Of a stretch of 64,000 nt of DNA, positions 11,243 through 25,834 are shown in pieces. Under the pieces are notes generated by a model. The model saw nothing but the letters and a program-made list of their open reading frames with translations. It was not told where the DNA came from and made no database searches. Within the stretch, counting starts at the first letter, position 1; each line of letters starts with the position of its first letter. Both the position numbers and the translations under genes were made by a program. This DNA comes from Schmidtea polychroa (Eukaryota), in NCBI GenBank assembly GCA_044892525.1, contig CM097885.1:6140001-6204000 (forward strand), written 5' to 3'.

Positions 11243-14035
11243 TTGTTGGTTTCAAGATCTTTGCTGAGAAATTTAAAGATGGATTTAACTGGCGACCTCG
11301 CCGAAAATCAAAACATCAACGTCATTTCGAAATCGACAAAATCGCTAATGGAAAGCCTACCGAAATCATGCCAAGACATGATCACACTGAACATCAGACG
11401 ATATGAAAAAAAAAGCCGAAGAATAGATCAGGGATATAGAAAAATGACTGCTGACAGCGATTGACAAGCACTTTCGATGTGTTATTGGTGGCAGAAGCAA
11501 ATGCATTGCGGGGAAACGTCAGAGAAACAGAAAAAACATATGTGAGAGCCAAAGCGTAGTTCTTACATATGTTCACAATTACAAAATCAATAACTGACAA
11601 AATCAGAGAATTGGCAGCTATGGAACAGGAAGATGATGAAAGGTTTGCAGCTTTTGAGATACGGCTAAGGAAAGCTTTAGCTAAAGTTATAAATTCAGGA
11701 CGATCAGAAGAAGATATTGTTCAAGACTTCATCGCAAATAAAGCACGCGATACGAGACTGTGAGACATACTACTGACGAAACCAGAAACAAAAATTGAAG
11801 AAACGAGATCATTGGCGAAAGTTTTTTAAAGTAACAAAAATGGAGACAATAAAACGAAATTTATTAAAGCAATCGGTCAAAGAACATACGCTAGCGTGAC
11901 TGAGGGAGGCAGATGAGAATTCAAAAGAATACCAAAGATCCCATACCTACATCACCACAAAGAAGACTATCAGAAGAGTCGTTTAGTCACCACAGATCAA
12001 GAAGAGACGAACATCCTATACGCGGACCAATACAATACGATGGAAATAACAATGATCGTTAAGAACAATCTCCAAGAGAACAATTCTTGAGAAATGCGAG
12101 AATCTCGAATAGCTCAGAAAGGAAGCTGCCAACAATATCCATGAAGAATATAGCAAGGAGGCTGTACAACGGAAGTAGAGGACTATCACAAGCATCGGTC
12201 CCAAAATTAACGGTAGGTGATTGTTTTTGCTGTGGAGAAAGGGGACACAGAAGGTATGAGTGTCCACTGGGAAATAAATGTCTGATATCTGGCAAGGAAG
12301 GACACGGGTTTCGAGATTGTTTTTCGTTACGGAAAGAGGTTCCACATTGATATCAAAGAATAGCGTGCATAGAAGAAGAAGATTCAAAATCTAAAAGAAA
12401 AGATTACACCGAGAACAGCCAGGATTTCAGAACTGCTCACAGCGACATGAATGATAGATACAATGTCCCTGAAAAATATACTATGTTGAGAGAAGACGGA
12501 AAAAACAACAGCGACTCCATGGGTTTCATTTCGTCGGTGGAGTCAAGACAATAAATTGTGAAAGAAGAAATGAATGACGAAGAGACAAGGCAGAAGAAGA
12601 AATGTACCAGACGAAAGATGGAAGAAATTGGATTAAAATAATGTTGAATAATGCCGAAACAGAGATGTTATGGGATTCTGGAGCATCAGTAACAGTCATG
12701 AGCAAGAATTTGTGGGAGAAAATAGGCAAACCAGAACTTCAACGTAGTATGATATTATTATGCGGAGTTTTTTCAACTGGAGGTGAAGAAGCAATGGGAT
12801 ACATGACTATACCGGCCCCATGGAATCAGAAGACTAAAATAACCACATTAGTAGTGGTAAAAGAGATCAAACCCGAATCCATAAGGGGCATTGATACAAT
12901 GAAAGAGTATGGAGTAAAGTTAATGAAAATCAATAATATAGAAACGTCATTGATAAACAAAATTTACCCTGATGAAGAAAGAATAAAGAAAGCACTAGTG
13001 GCGATGGGAGGTGAGAACACTAAAGATATTGAAGGAATGATCAGGGAATACGGCGGAATTTTTATGACATCGAAATTCGATCTGTGATTTGCAAACTTAG
13101 TTCGACATGAGATGCGGATAACAGGAGGCAACATCCTCGACGTCAATTAATGCACATGGAGAAAAGGATTGAAGAGCTGATAAAGAAGTTAATGATTGTA
13201 AAAGTCAAAAAGACCACGATGAGCTATTAAGGGAAATATTCAGAAGAATTCAAATGGCAGGACTGAAGATAAATCCAGTAAAATGCAAATTCAATAAAAC
13301 AGAATTGTGTTTCCTTGGTCGCTCAGTTAACGAGAAGGGTATCCAGACAAATAGGAAGAAAGTGAAAGAGATCGAGAAAACAGAAGTACCAAAATGTGCA
13401 AAACAATTGAGATCGTTTCTCGGATTAACCAACTACTATAGAAGATTCATCAAAGACTATTCCAAAATCGCCGAACCATTATACGCTGCAACATCTGGAT
13501 GTGACAAAGATATAAATTGGACTAAAGAATGCAATGAGAGCTTCCAAACTCTGAAGAGACGGTTATGCGAAGCACCTATCCTTGATTTTCCAAGAGAAGA
13601 TAGGACTTTTATCCTAGACACAGACGCTAGTTTCGGAGCCATTGGTGCAGTTTTGAGTCAAATTACAGAAGATGGAGAATAATCTGTTATATCTTATGGC
13701 TCGAGACATATGTCATCACATGAAAAGGATACTGTGTAACCAGGTAAGAACTGCTTGCCGTACATGAACACGTCATGCATTTTAGAGAATATCTGTACGG
13801 GAAAAAAATCATAATTCGCACTGATCACAAAGCATTGGTTTTCATGAACACTACAAGAATTCCAATCAGTCCGTAGTTCCAAACATGGTTAGCTAACTTG
13901 TCGAAATATGATTTTGAACTAAAATATCGGTAAAGCGAAAAAAACTTGAATGCAGATGGACTATCAAGATTAAAAAGTATGATTTGCACCCAGTGTCAAA
14001 CAAGACATGAAGAAACTATGGAAGGAAAAGCGAAG

Positions 14036-14124
<89 letters not shown>

Positions 14125-14935
14125 TATCCAAAGAACAGAAGCTATAGAAAAAGTATGGGAACAACAACAAAAGGACATTCGGTTTCGAGAGCTGCGAGAG
14201 ATATTGGAAAATGGATGTACACGGGAGAAAAAGAATTGCTTTCCTTTTAACGTAAAAAATACACGAATTGATGGAGGATTAATAACAGTAGAAAAGAACA
14301 AAAATATCTTAATGTTAGTCCCAGAAACATTTGCAGGCCTGTTAACAAAAACGCTACATGAAGAACTATGTCACATTGGAGTTAAGAAATTATTTCATTA
14401 TATGGAAAAGATATATTATTGGCCGAAAATGCAAGAAACAATCCAACTCTGTTTACGATGTTGCGAGATCTGCACTAAGAGAAAGATTGAAAGGAAACGT
14501 TTATTCCTAGATATAGCTCTGAATCCTAGAACAGATTCTTATAGATGTGGCTTACCTGGAAATAACGCCATAAAAAAATATATGGTAGTAATGGTGGACC
14601 GTTTTAGCAAACTGATTTCTTTAACTGCAATCACAAAGCAAGACGAAGGGACAATTTTCAAAACAATACTTAATAGTTGGATCTATCGATTTGGAAAACC
14701 GAAGAACATTTTAACAGATAGAAGCCGAAATTTTGAAGGTAATTTCCTAAGACAGAAGCTACAGAAACTTGGAATCAAACAGGAATTCAGCTCACCTTAC
14801 CAGCACCAATCAAATGGTTTAGTCGAACGAGCTATACGAACGATAAGAGATCTTATTACAGCAACATTGGGAGGTGGATGTGAAGAGAGAAACTGACACG
14901 AACTTCTATCCAGAGTAGAGTTCGCTATAAATAGC
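11243..14935 (+). mobile_element. Decayed Ty3/Gypsy LTR retrotransposon internal region (gag, protease, partial RT, RNase H, integrase)
   Basis: Zinc knuckles CFCCGERGHRRYEC and CLISGKEGHGFRDC; protease LWDSGASVT; RT C-terminus only (AGLKINPVKCKF, LRSFLGLTNYYRRFI); RNase H FILDTDASFGAIG; integrase HHCC plus VDRFSK, TDRSRNF and SNGLVER. Many stops and frameshifts. The RT core is deleted near 13210 and a (TA)n tract sits at about 14038-14123. Confidence 0.95.
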
Positions 14936-14936
14936 A

Positions 14937-15104
14937 AATTCTCCAGCATTCCAAGCTGGACTGTTAACAAACGACCTTTTGATTGAACTAAACGGTTTCA
15001 ATGTTCGTGACGAAAACCATCAACAAGTTGTTAAAAGAATTAAAGAAAATCCTTCATCAGTCAAGAAGAACCAAACCACAACAATCACTCATGATAAAAG
15101 CTAA
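14937..15104 (+). pseudogene. Fragment of a PDZ domain (NHERF/PDZK1-like C-terminal half)
   Basis: Manual translation: [43 protein letters not shown]. This matches the PDZ pattern SPA..AGL..GD.I.EVNG..V....H..VV..I. Confidence 0.85.
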
Positions 15105-15134
15105 AGATCATAATATTTGTCAATGTATTAATCG

Positions 15135-15757
15135 TGTTGGATTATTGAGTTGGTGACAATGTTTGTAAATTCAAACTTTTACTCTGACTCCAAACCGTGT
15201 TTATTAATTCACAATTCAACACTCTCGAACACTCTGTTTTGATTCTCCTTTTTAACTCTTCGTCTCTAATTTTGTTCTACTTTTTGTCTCTAAGTTCGTT
15301 CTATTTTTTTTCTGATTTCTCGGTCAACTGTTGGGCTTTAAATAGTCTGTTTTATTTGTGGCACTGGCGACAGATTCCATTTTACTTTTCCTCTACGTCA
15401 ACCTTATCTCTGACAGATATCAAGATATTTTTCCATTTTCCATTTTTGTTAAGCCGCCTTCTCCCGACAATTTTGCTATCTTTGACACGCTGTCAAGATA
15501 CTGCTTTTTCCCCTATTTTGTTTTTCTGGAATTTGAAATTACACCTTCATTTGTACTTCTTAATTAACAATGACCTTTGTTTTAATTTCTTGTTTGTTTC
15601 GTTTTATTTGATTTATCTTTCTCATTTTTAATTTCTTTTTACTTCCGTTTTCTTTTCAGAGTTACCGTAGATCGTCCCGTTTGTCATGGCGATTTCCTCT
15701 TCCTCCCAGATAATTTATTTATTTATTATGTTATTTATCATTTAGGTATCCTCAACA
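15135..15757. mobile_element. Solo LTR
   Basis: TGTTG...CTCAACA termini. Exact 4-bp TSD ATCG at 15131-15134 and 15758-15761. Confidence 0.8.
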
Positions 15758-16125
15758 ATCGTTATAGTATTATATAAATTTATACCTACAATAATGTCAA
15801 CAAATGTTTCAAATAATAAAAAGCGTCAAACAACACAGCACCAAAAAAGAAACACAACTGTACCGTTTCGCGGGGAATCCCCGTAGTTCAGCGAGCAATT
15901 TCGTATTTAATTATTATTAAATATTTAATATAAATTTTTATTATAGCTTTGTTATATTAATTTCAAATTAAATATATTTACAATCAATGTTTTCCTCTCA
16001 TTTACCAAGTGAAGGAGTCATTTGATTAATTAATTGAAGTGATTCATGAAATTAATCAATATTTTTAACAATTTAATAAATAACAAATTAATTAAAGATT
16101 GTTTGAATGTATTTAGCTGTACTGT

Positions 16126-17078
16126 TATTGTGCGATATTATTGCGTGATATTATTGTTTGATATTATTGTGTGATAGTATTGTGTGATATTATTGTGTGA
16201 TGTTATTGTGTGATATTATTGTGTGATATTATTGTGTGATATTATTGTGTGATATTATTGTGTGATATTATTGTGTGATATTATTGTGTGATATTATTGT
16301 GTGATATTATTGTGTGATATTATTGTGTGATATTATTGTGTGATATTATTGTGTGATATTATTGTGTGATATTATTGTGTGATGTTATTGTGTGATGTTA
16401 TTGTGTGATATTATTGTGTGATATTATTGTGTGATATTATTGTGTGATATTATTGTGTGATATTATTGTGTGATATTATTGTGTGATATTATTGTGTGAT
16501 ATTATTGTGTGATATTATTGTGTGATATTATTGTGTGATATTATTGTGTGATATTATTGTGTGATATTATTGTGTGATATTATTGTGTGATATTATTGTG
16601 TGATATTATTGCGTGATATTATTGTTTGATATTATTGTGTGATATTATTGTGTGATATTATTGTGTGATATTATTGTGTGATATTATTGTGTGATATTAT
16701 TGTGTGATATTATTGTGTGATATTATTGTGTGATATTATTGTGTGATATTATTGTGTGATATTATTGTGTGATATTATTGTGTGATATTATTGTGTGATA
16801 TTATTGTGTGATATTATTGTGTGATATTATTGTGTGATATTATTGTGTGATATTATTGTGTGATATTATTGTGTGATATTATTGTGTGATATTATTGCGT
16901 GATATTATTGTTTGATATTATTGTGTGATATTATTGTGTGATATTATTGTGTGATATTATTGTGTGATATTATTGTGTGATATTATTGTGTGATATTATT
17001 GTGTGATATTATTGTGTGATATTATTGTGTGATATTATTGTGTGATATTATTGTGTGATATTATTGTGTGATATTATT
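16126..17078. repeat. 13-bp minisatellite (TGTGATATTATTG)n, about 70 copies
   Basis: Directly visible. A variant pair of units (GCGT then GTTT) recurs near 16143, 16611 and 16897. Confidence 0.98.
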
Positions 17079-17208
17079 AACCGCTGCAAAAATGTTAGAA
17101 AGGACTACCAAACCCTCTAAGTATTTACCAGAGGAATTCAATATTAAAATTCAAATCGAATTAATAAAAAATTTTAAATTTATAAAAACTTATTTTTAAT
17201 CTTAATTA

Positions 17209-17448
17209 CTCCTTCTGTCCAAAAATGATAGTCTAGTTGCAATTTAGCCTTTTTCCCAAAATAATTGTCAATAGAGAATATATAAAAAATTGAACGGTTT
17301 TGTAAAACCTTTTACAGTAAAAACACATTAAATAATTTTATTTTATTGATTGAACAAATAACAAAAATGCATTTTAAGTATCACTGTTACGTATAAAAGA
17401 AATTACGATTTAAAGTCAAACTGGACTATCATTTTTGGACAGAGGGAG
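17209..17448. mobile_element. Tc1/mariner-type (Stowaway-like) MITE
   Basis: TIRs CTCCTTCTGTCCAAAAATGATAGTCTAGTT and AACTGGACTATCATTTTTGGACAGAGGGAG, with a TA TSD. Confidence 0.85.
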
Positions 17449-17868
17449 TATTTACGACTTGAATTTAAAAAGAATAATTATTTTTTAAACTAATTTTTAA
17501 TTAATTATATTTTTTGATTTTTATGAAAACTTTTCTCTTGTTTCCTTTTACATCTTTGACTTTACTCAGACCCATCAACACAAATTTTATTAGAAAGAAC
17601 AAAAGTTAAAAATAATTGAAAGACATTTTGCAACGACTTATGTTTTGTATACATGTTTACTTTGTACCCAGACAAGGTTTTGCAATAAGATTATCATCTG
17701 GGCAAAGGAATGAAATTTCAACACAATTTATTCATCAAATAAATATAACTAAATTTTCCCTAATTATTTTGATAATTAAGTACAAATTATGACACAAGGA
17801 GTGCTTTATAAATATTTAATTAATATGACATAATTTATTTATAATTAGTGTGTACAGTAAATCATTTT

Positions 17869-18087
<219 letters not shown>

Positions 18088-18392
18088 TGAGATGATGAAA
18101 AATCAATAAATTAGTGTAAATTTAGGAAAATCGATATTTGATAAAAGTAATTTGTTTTGCAAGAATCTGTGAATGCATGATGCAGTAGAAATTCTCCGCA
18201 AATGCCATTAGGCACCGCACACAGCTCATTCAGTCGATAATGCATGTCTACAAATTGGAACCGAATCGAGTGTGCAGATTACAGAATTACGAAATTCTTA
18301 GAAGATGCGTGTAGTGAATCTGTTGATAGAAATTATTTATATCGATAATATTTGCACTCAAAAATCATTAATTTTAGATCTTGTTCACTAAA

Positions 18393-19158
18393 ATGTCTGA
18401 AATTTGTCCGAAATGTAAGAAAGCAGTTTATGCCGCCGAGAAGAAGCTGGCCGCTAACAAAGTCTGGCATAGCATGTGCCTGAAGTGCGGTAAGAATCTT
18501 GAGTGAGATTTGGAGAAGATATTGACATGGTTATGTTGCAGGAATGTGCAACAAGATGCTGGACAGCACTACAGTGGCTGAGCATGAAAACGAGTTATAC
18601 TGCAAGCAATGTCATGGCAGGAAATTTGGAATTAAAGGCTATGGATTCGGTGGCGGAGCTGGTACGTTGAATATGGATAAAGGTGGACAATACGGAAATA
18701 AAGATGCTCCTGCTGGGTGAGTCTCACATTATCCACAAGAGTAATCATGGTAACATTAATTAGGAACAAACCAACAACTGCTATGGGAGGTAAGATCGTA
18801 GCCCCTGAAGATGGAGGTTGTCCTCGATGTGGCAAGCGAGTATACGATGCAGAAAAGGCCATTGGTTGTCCTGATGGAGTAACAAAAATATTATCATTAT
18901 AAAATATAATTTTCAATTTGATCATTTCAGCTCTCTTTTCATAAAACTTGTTTCAGTTGCAAAGACTGCAAAAAGAAGCTAGATTCAACAATTTTATGCA
19001 CCAACAAAGACGAAAAAGACGTTTACTGTAAAAGTGAGATTTGAATTATTTCTGATTTTGTTTAAATTAATTTCCAATATTAAGCTTGTTACGGTAAAAA
19101 TTTCGGACCGAAAGGATTCGGATTCGGACAAGGAGCAGGATGTTTGAACATGGGCTGA
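18393..19158 (+). CDS. Cysteine- and glycine-rich two-LIM protein (CRP / muscle LIM protein family), 5 coding exons
   Basis: Exons 18393-18489, 18542-18716, 18764-18878, 18931-19033 and 19085-19158 with GT-AG introns. Protein: [17 protein letters not shown]...[19 protein letters not shown]...[22 protein letters not shown]...[13 protein letters not shown]...[11 protein letters not shown]...[22 protein letters not shown]. Confidence 0.95.
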
Positions 19159-19862
19159 ACCATTATTGCACGTAGACCTCTCCTTTTATATTACGATACG
19201 GATTTGCTTCTTTGAATGCTTACTAATTTTTTCATTAGAATAAATGTTATAATTTGTTTTAATTTCGATAATATTTGGCATATCAGGCGAACTTACAATG
19301 ACCTAAATCAAAGATTGTATGAAGCTCCGAAACTATCTTAGACCCAAAGATCGACAGGAGTTCCACCAATAAATGGATACCAAAACTGATTCTGAAATAA
19401 TCTATTCAAACCTCCCATTAATACGACTTGCCCGGTAATGAATTTTGTTTTCAAGGGTCTCTGTTAAAAATATTTGTAAGGTGAAATACATGGACACGTA
19501 GACTAGTCTTTCCCTTGGAATACTCTCAGGGCTCATTGTACCCTCTTTGGGTTATTGTTGATTCGTACAAAATGCACTGTGTTTGTTTGCATTCGGATTA
19601 GGGATCCCTGAACGTTAAGGATGCTTGACCATAGATTTATCGAACTTTATCAAATCTTTTTCAAATAGCTGAATTAATTGATGAATTAACTTTGATGGAC
19701 AATCTTTGATTCTAAGTCTTCACTGACATCTTTGGACAGCCTCCTAAAAATATTTAATATTTGTTGATATTGAAGGATAATCTGTTATCAGACCAAAAAT
19801 ATGAACTAATTTCATAGAAGGTGAAAATAATTAGATATCAAAGAAATCTATTTTTATATATT

Positions 19863-20690
19863 TGTTGGGGTAATGTATAAAAGCACAAAATTAAACGGAA
19901 GTAGAATAAAAATCAATAAAACACCAAAATAACAAAAGTGCAAAAAATTAATATCAATCGGGGGAGAGTGGGTATGATTGAACGCGAAATCATCAGACAA
20001 ATCCAGAAACAATAATAAAAATTATTAAGGGCTCCCTAGAAAAAGTTATAATAAAATAACAAACTAATTAAAATTTAATTAATCGCTAATGGAAAGCCCG
20101 AGACAACTGGTAACCCCGAGCGCTCTGAGGCCCAACTAATTAGAAGTGGAAGAGAACTCGACCGAGCTACCGTTTAGGAACGAATTTAGTAATATAACTA
20201 ATAATCCCACCCAGAAGATTAAAAATAACGGGTAACCAATGTGTTAGAGAAATTTCTGTAATCCCCACAAGGATTAAAATAACGATTGGGTAACTGCCAA
20301 AAATATTTTGGTAAATGTCGATAATCCCCGAAGGAATTAATGTAATGTTGATAATGCCTTTTAATAAAGCATAAATGGAAAAGCGACGAGTTGCCAGTTG
20401 ATCAATGAAACAAAATTAGCGAGAATTTACGAAATCCAAGAGACTCTAAAGGAAATTAATTCAAGTAAATCTAAGGAAAATTATAACTTATCGTATCAGA
20501 AAGGAGATCACCCCTTGTGCAACCTACCTTACGATAATGATTGCCGACGAAATGAAGGTGCAAATCGAGTGACTAATTGTAATTGTGAGAAAGTTTGAAT
20601 AAAGTTGTTTTGTGTTGGCTTTTAGTTATTTGATAGAAAAAGGACACGATGAGTCAGAAACTATCCGATTTGCTAAATAATAACCCAATA
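19863..20690. mobile_element. Solo LTR (opposite orientation to the 4988 copy)
   Basis: TGTTGGG start and CCCAATA end (CA terminus mutated). 4-bp TSD TATT on both sides. The GAGTCAG motif near the right end mirrors CTGACTC in the other copies. Confidence 0.7.
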
Positions 20691-22289
20691 TATTAAATAA
20701 ATTTTAATATCCTTCTGAATTATTAGCAGTTATTATTAAGAAGATGATATTGAAGATATATTCGTACTTAATTTCGAAATTCCTCTCGAATATTATGCCT
20801 AGAAAATAGAGCACGAGTTGATTACATGAAGGACATAAAGGACAAAATTTGAAGTGAAGTTGCATTTCCAAGCCAAAGTAATTATTATATCGAAACAAAG
20901 TGAGACTGACCGACCATTTCAAAATCAATGGTCAATGTGGTAAACATCACAGTGTGATAGATCAAAAACAAATGTTCCAAATGCTTTCAGATTTTTAAAC
21001 CTTTTGACCTTTAAAGGGTATAATTGAAAGCCTCGCAACATTTAAAAAAATCCATTGACGGATTCCGTCGATTCCTTTTCTCAAGACCTTAAAATCACGA
21101 ACAAGGGAATTCTATTGGAGTCATGGTATTGTAATACAGATATTCTACTATACTACGTTGTGCCCACCAGAATTGTCTAATAATGATGAAAACAAAACAA
21201 AAAACGTCAAATTTAGGTGAAAATCCGATAAAATTGAAGAGTAATTTATAATAGTGAAACTAAGTGCAACATTTTATCAGTGATTTCTACACCGGAGGAT
21301 TTAATGTAATCCGTTAGATCGACCGTCACATGCCAAGGACCAATTGATGTCATCACATTGCAACAATTGCTTAACACCTCATTTGACCAATTGCTTCGTC
21401 CAATACAGAAGCCAATTAGTAAATTCTACACTGGATCATTTACAATCTCATCCATCGGAACATCAATATGAAATGTACAAAACATGAAAACAAAATCAGT
21501 ATCTCCGAACTATCAGAGGTCACGTGGAAAATATAAAAAAAGTATGAAAAATGCCAGAAGCAGAAATGGAAAAAATGACAAATTATCCCGAGTGCCGAAA
21601 GTAGTAGGATGTGTCGCCTCCAGGACATGTCACATCCAGGACACCCCCTACCCCCCAAGGTCAAGGTCAAATTTTTTGAGGTCAAGGTCAATTTTTTATC
21701 CCCTCGAATACATCAACTGAAAATTTAACAAGGTTAGTCACACAAATCGAATTCTGAAATCAAACAAATGCATTTAATAAAAATTAAAATCATCGACATA
21801 CACAACCGCCGCCTGCTCGCCCGCCCCGAAGGGGCTGGCGCGGTAGTTTGTAAATTTGGTTTAGTTTGAATATTATTATTTGAAACATAGTTTTATTATT
21901 TACAATATTCAAAGTATTAATAACAAAGGTAAAGAAATAAATGTTTATTAAATGTATATAGTATGATACTCATTAATATACATTGAACATGCTTTACATT
22001 TGCGAACATTTTAAATTTGATTTTTAAGGATTACCTTCGATAGATTTTATTGAATAATGGTTCATTAGAAAGGTCTTGAAGAGCTCTATCCAATGGTTAT
22101 ATATTTGAAGATGTAATGTTTGTATACAATATAGTAAGTATTATTATTTTTATTAACAAACTACATCCTAATAAAATACTTTTACACATCAAATTATTAA
22201 AAAAAAAGCCGATAATTATAAAACGTAAAAGAGACTTTACAATAATTTCTATTTTACAAAAATTCAAACAAGTCTGATCACCGAATTAA

Positions 22290-25200
22290 ATTAATCTTGT
22301 AGATGTTGATTGATGAGATCCGGATCTGCTCCTGATTGAATATCATTATCGTCATCATCAATGACATCAACCCCTAAATAATGACCATATGCAAAACTAG
22401 AGTTTTTCTCTACTCAAGCTCTTTTATCATCATGATTAGTTAAAGCAATCTTTGAGTTTTTAAAGGTAAAAAGCTGATGATTTCGGGTTCCTATTCTAGT
22501 CTGAGGTACAGAAATAACTGTGTTGTTGTTGTAACAGTCTAAATAGGATTGATGTTTTATATCTGTACCTGGTAATTTTACGCCCTTAGCTCTCATAGTA
22601 GATTTATTTCCTAAAAGACTGTAGCACTTTGGTCGCAAGAAAACCCACTCACTATATCCTACACCCTTACTCTCATCCTTAAACTTTCCTATAACTGAGT
22701 CGAGTCTCCTATAATATAAAGGATGAGAGGGATCATAATTTGAGGTGTCAAGCTTTACATTTTTGACCTCTAAGAATAAACTATCGGTATCACCCGCAAC
22801 TATATTTATATCACAGTTAAACTGACTCCTATATTTTGATAATTCTATGTACTGTAATTGATACATCCTTAGTTTGGATAAATCCAGCACTGATTGTCCG
22901 ATGTAGCTGGGTCTATCCAAACATATAGACTCCTTATTGAGATGTACACCAAAAAGATCATCATCAATTTTTATGGTTTTTCTAAATGATGGTTTTGATG
23001 AATATGTAATTAATTTTTCCGCGGAATTACATAGTCGTAAATTTAATCTCTTCTTAAGGTTTTCAACGGATTTACTGTACAAGCTATTATTATAAAATTT
23101 GAATAAATCTCTGTACAGTTCACTGCTTGCTTCAGCTCTTAGCTGTGTATTTTTATTTGTATAATTTTTAAAAATCGGTGCTTGCTTGAATTTTGTAGCC
23201 CTATGGATATGTACAACTTTGGCACCAAGAGACAAATAAAGCTTGAGAAGCCTCCAATGAAGAACATGGTTCTTCTTTGGCCAATGCGTGAGCATCAACT
23301 TCTCAACTTTCGAACCAGGCGGGTTCTAGACCATTGTATGCAATGGCCTTGGCATGGAATTGTTGGAAATAGTCCGCAAGGAGGAATACATCCAATTTTT
23401 GATAAGTTAACATATAGTCAGCCAATTTAGTACAACGTTGTTGAGTCCAAATAAGTTGAGCCTTAGCATACTCATCTTCAGTAACACCAGACCAAATAGG
23501 AGGCAATTCATAAGTGGTTTCAAGTACATCCAAATCAGTCGCATAATCATAAGGAAATATGGCTTTAGCATCTATTATTAGCCTATCAAAAACCGACGAA
23601 GTCAAAGGAAGATCAGTTAGAGTTTTTACAGCCTTAGCCAAAGAACAATTAACAAATTGCATGCTGTCGATAAAACGAACAGCTAATTTTTTAATGTGAA
23701 CAATCATCGAGATAAATTTCTCTGTGCTTGTGGGTATTATATCCAAATTCCAAGAAGGAAAGCCATTGAGACCATATTTTAAAATAAGTGTAAGTCGTAG
23801 CCTCGTAAATTATGAAATACAATCGGCAACTGTTTATAAATTCTGCGAGCCATATTACATTTCCTACAGGCTGCACCGAGATAATTATCAGTAAAATGGT
23901 CATGATCTCGAACAGCAAGGGCTAAAACCTTCTTGCAAAGATAGCAGTTCCTACAAGATTTGAATTGTCGTTCCTCAGCAAAAGTCATAGGTCCTAACCG
24001 TTTTTTCCCTTCAAGCTCATAATAAGGTAGGACAATTGTGACAGCAATTTGCTCTACTTTTTTAAGAAATTGAGGTATACAATCAAGACCATAAAACTCG
24101 TAATACGATTTTCTATTGTTAAGATTATTTATTAATAAAAGACCTGCTGAAATAGGTAAATGTATTTTATGATGTTTAACATCTTTAGGTAAAACCGATT
24201 CAAAATCGGCGTAAATAACAAAGGGTGGGGTGATTCTCTTTGAATGATTTTGAAACTCTAAATATTTATTTTCGGGTAAAGTGTAAAGGGTTGTACCCGT
24301 TTGATTTTTACTGCATAGGGCCACATGTTTAGTGAAAGCATTGTCTATTCGAAAACCGTTAAGACAATGTGGGCACCATTTGCATCTTATTTGAATACTA
24401 CAGTCATTACGATGGCAGTTCATTAAACGTGTAATGTTGGTCACTGCGGTGTAATGATAATTATCCTTATTTTCCAAGAGTAATAAATAAATTGGAGTAC
24501 CGCCAGTAACCGTTGATCTGTGAATTATACTTAAGTGGGGGTGTTTAAAAACATAGTCATTAGGAACCTGATCATCATCTTAAGTTTAAGTCTAAATTTT
24601 TCTTTTCGAATTTAGGTATATTACACAATTTCATCGGACAATCCGTGACTTCATTGTAATTAAGAATATTTAAAAGATTTTCATATTTTGAAACTCTTTC
24701 AGGGTGGCTACCTATTTCATCTTTTTTCAAGAGCGCGAGAATACTATAAAGAAAACACTTATGATCCTTATTTTTAACAATTATAATTGCTCCTTTAGAT
24801 TTCAAATCTGCAGGTGTACGAATGTAACTATGACCAGATAGGCGACAAATAGGAGCAAATTTAGTCAGAATGAAATCGATCTCTAAGATATTAATTACTC
24901 TCCAGCCACTACCTAAATAGGTAAACTTTTCAATTTTTTCGTTTAACTTATTAATCCCCTCAATTAAAAAGTTATCCGAAAAGATCTCGGCTTTATTTGA
25001 AAAGTAGTTGTCACGGATTTCCCCATCTTTTTCAAATCTTATAATAGCGAATTGAATTTTGACGCTACCCATGTTATTTATTTCAGATGTTAACTTTTCA
25101 GTGATCCTATCTGTTATTATAATTTTTATTAATTGTGAATCGGCAATATCAAATCGAATAGTTCGATTGGCGCCATTTAAATTTGATTCTATTATCGGCT

Positions 25201-25639
25201 CAATCGCTAAAGATGATCCACCTATTTGATTTATAGTATTTATAGTATTATCATTATTTATATTTTCATTTATAGTATTTATAGTATTAATATTATCATT
25301 TATAATATCATGATTTATAGTATATATAATATTATTACATTCGTCATCACTGAGTAGAATGGCTTCATTTTTAATAATTTCGTCGTCACTGATCTCAATG
25401 ACTTCAGTTTTTATAATTTTATTTTTAATTTTAGACACCCTATGTTCAGCAGGTCTTTTGTTAGATTTCTTTTTTGTGTTATTATTTAAAATATTTACAA
25501 TTTCAATGTTATTCTTATTTATTATTTTAAACAGTTCTTTTTTATTTGTTTTGAAAGAATTTAAGTGCTGAGAATGTTGACTATAAAATTCCTTATACCT
25601 TACACTCTGGGAAGTTTTGCATATGGGGCAAATAAACAT
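22290..25639 (-). pseudogene. Protein-primed family B DNA polymerase, disrupted
   Basis: ORFs 24575-25639, 23779-24477, 23303-23746 and 22414-23298 align in order to the intact pPolB at 58609-62643 (PFVIYADFES, RDHDH...AACRKCN, FHNLRGYD, AGDTDS, GKFKDE, DDKR). It has frameshifts and a deletion of about 0.4 kb near 23318 (between GLEP and EKLMLTHW) that removes the YIDINNLYG motif A. Confidence 0.93.
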
Positions 25640-25834
25640 TTAGTATTTTATAATAAATTTATTAGTTTAATTATATTTTATTTTAATTACACAAATAATA
25701 TTTCCAATTTTTTTAATTTTAAATTCAATAATTTAATTTAATTTTTAATTTTTTAATATTTTATTTTATAAAAAAAACGTTTTTTATATTTTAAATATTT
25801 TTTTTTAATTTTAAATTTTAAATCTAATTAAATA

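Noticed and set aside
15135..15757. 3' LTR of the adjacent Gypsy element
   Set aside because: It has its own exact TSD on both sides and no matching copy was seen upstream of gag, so it is a separate solo LTR.
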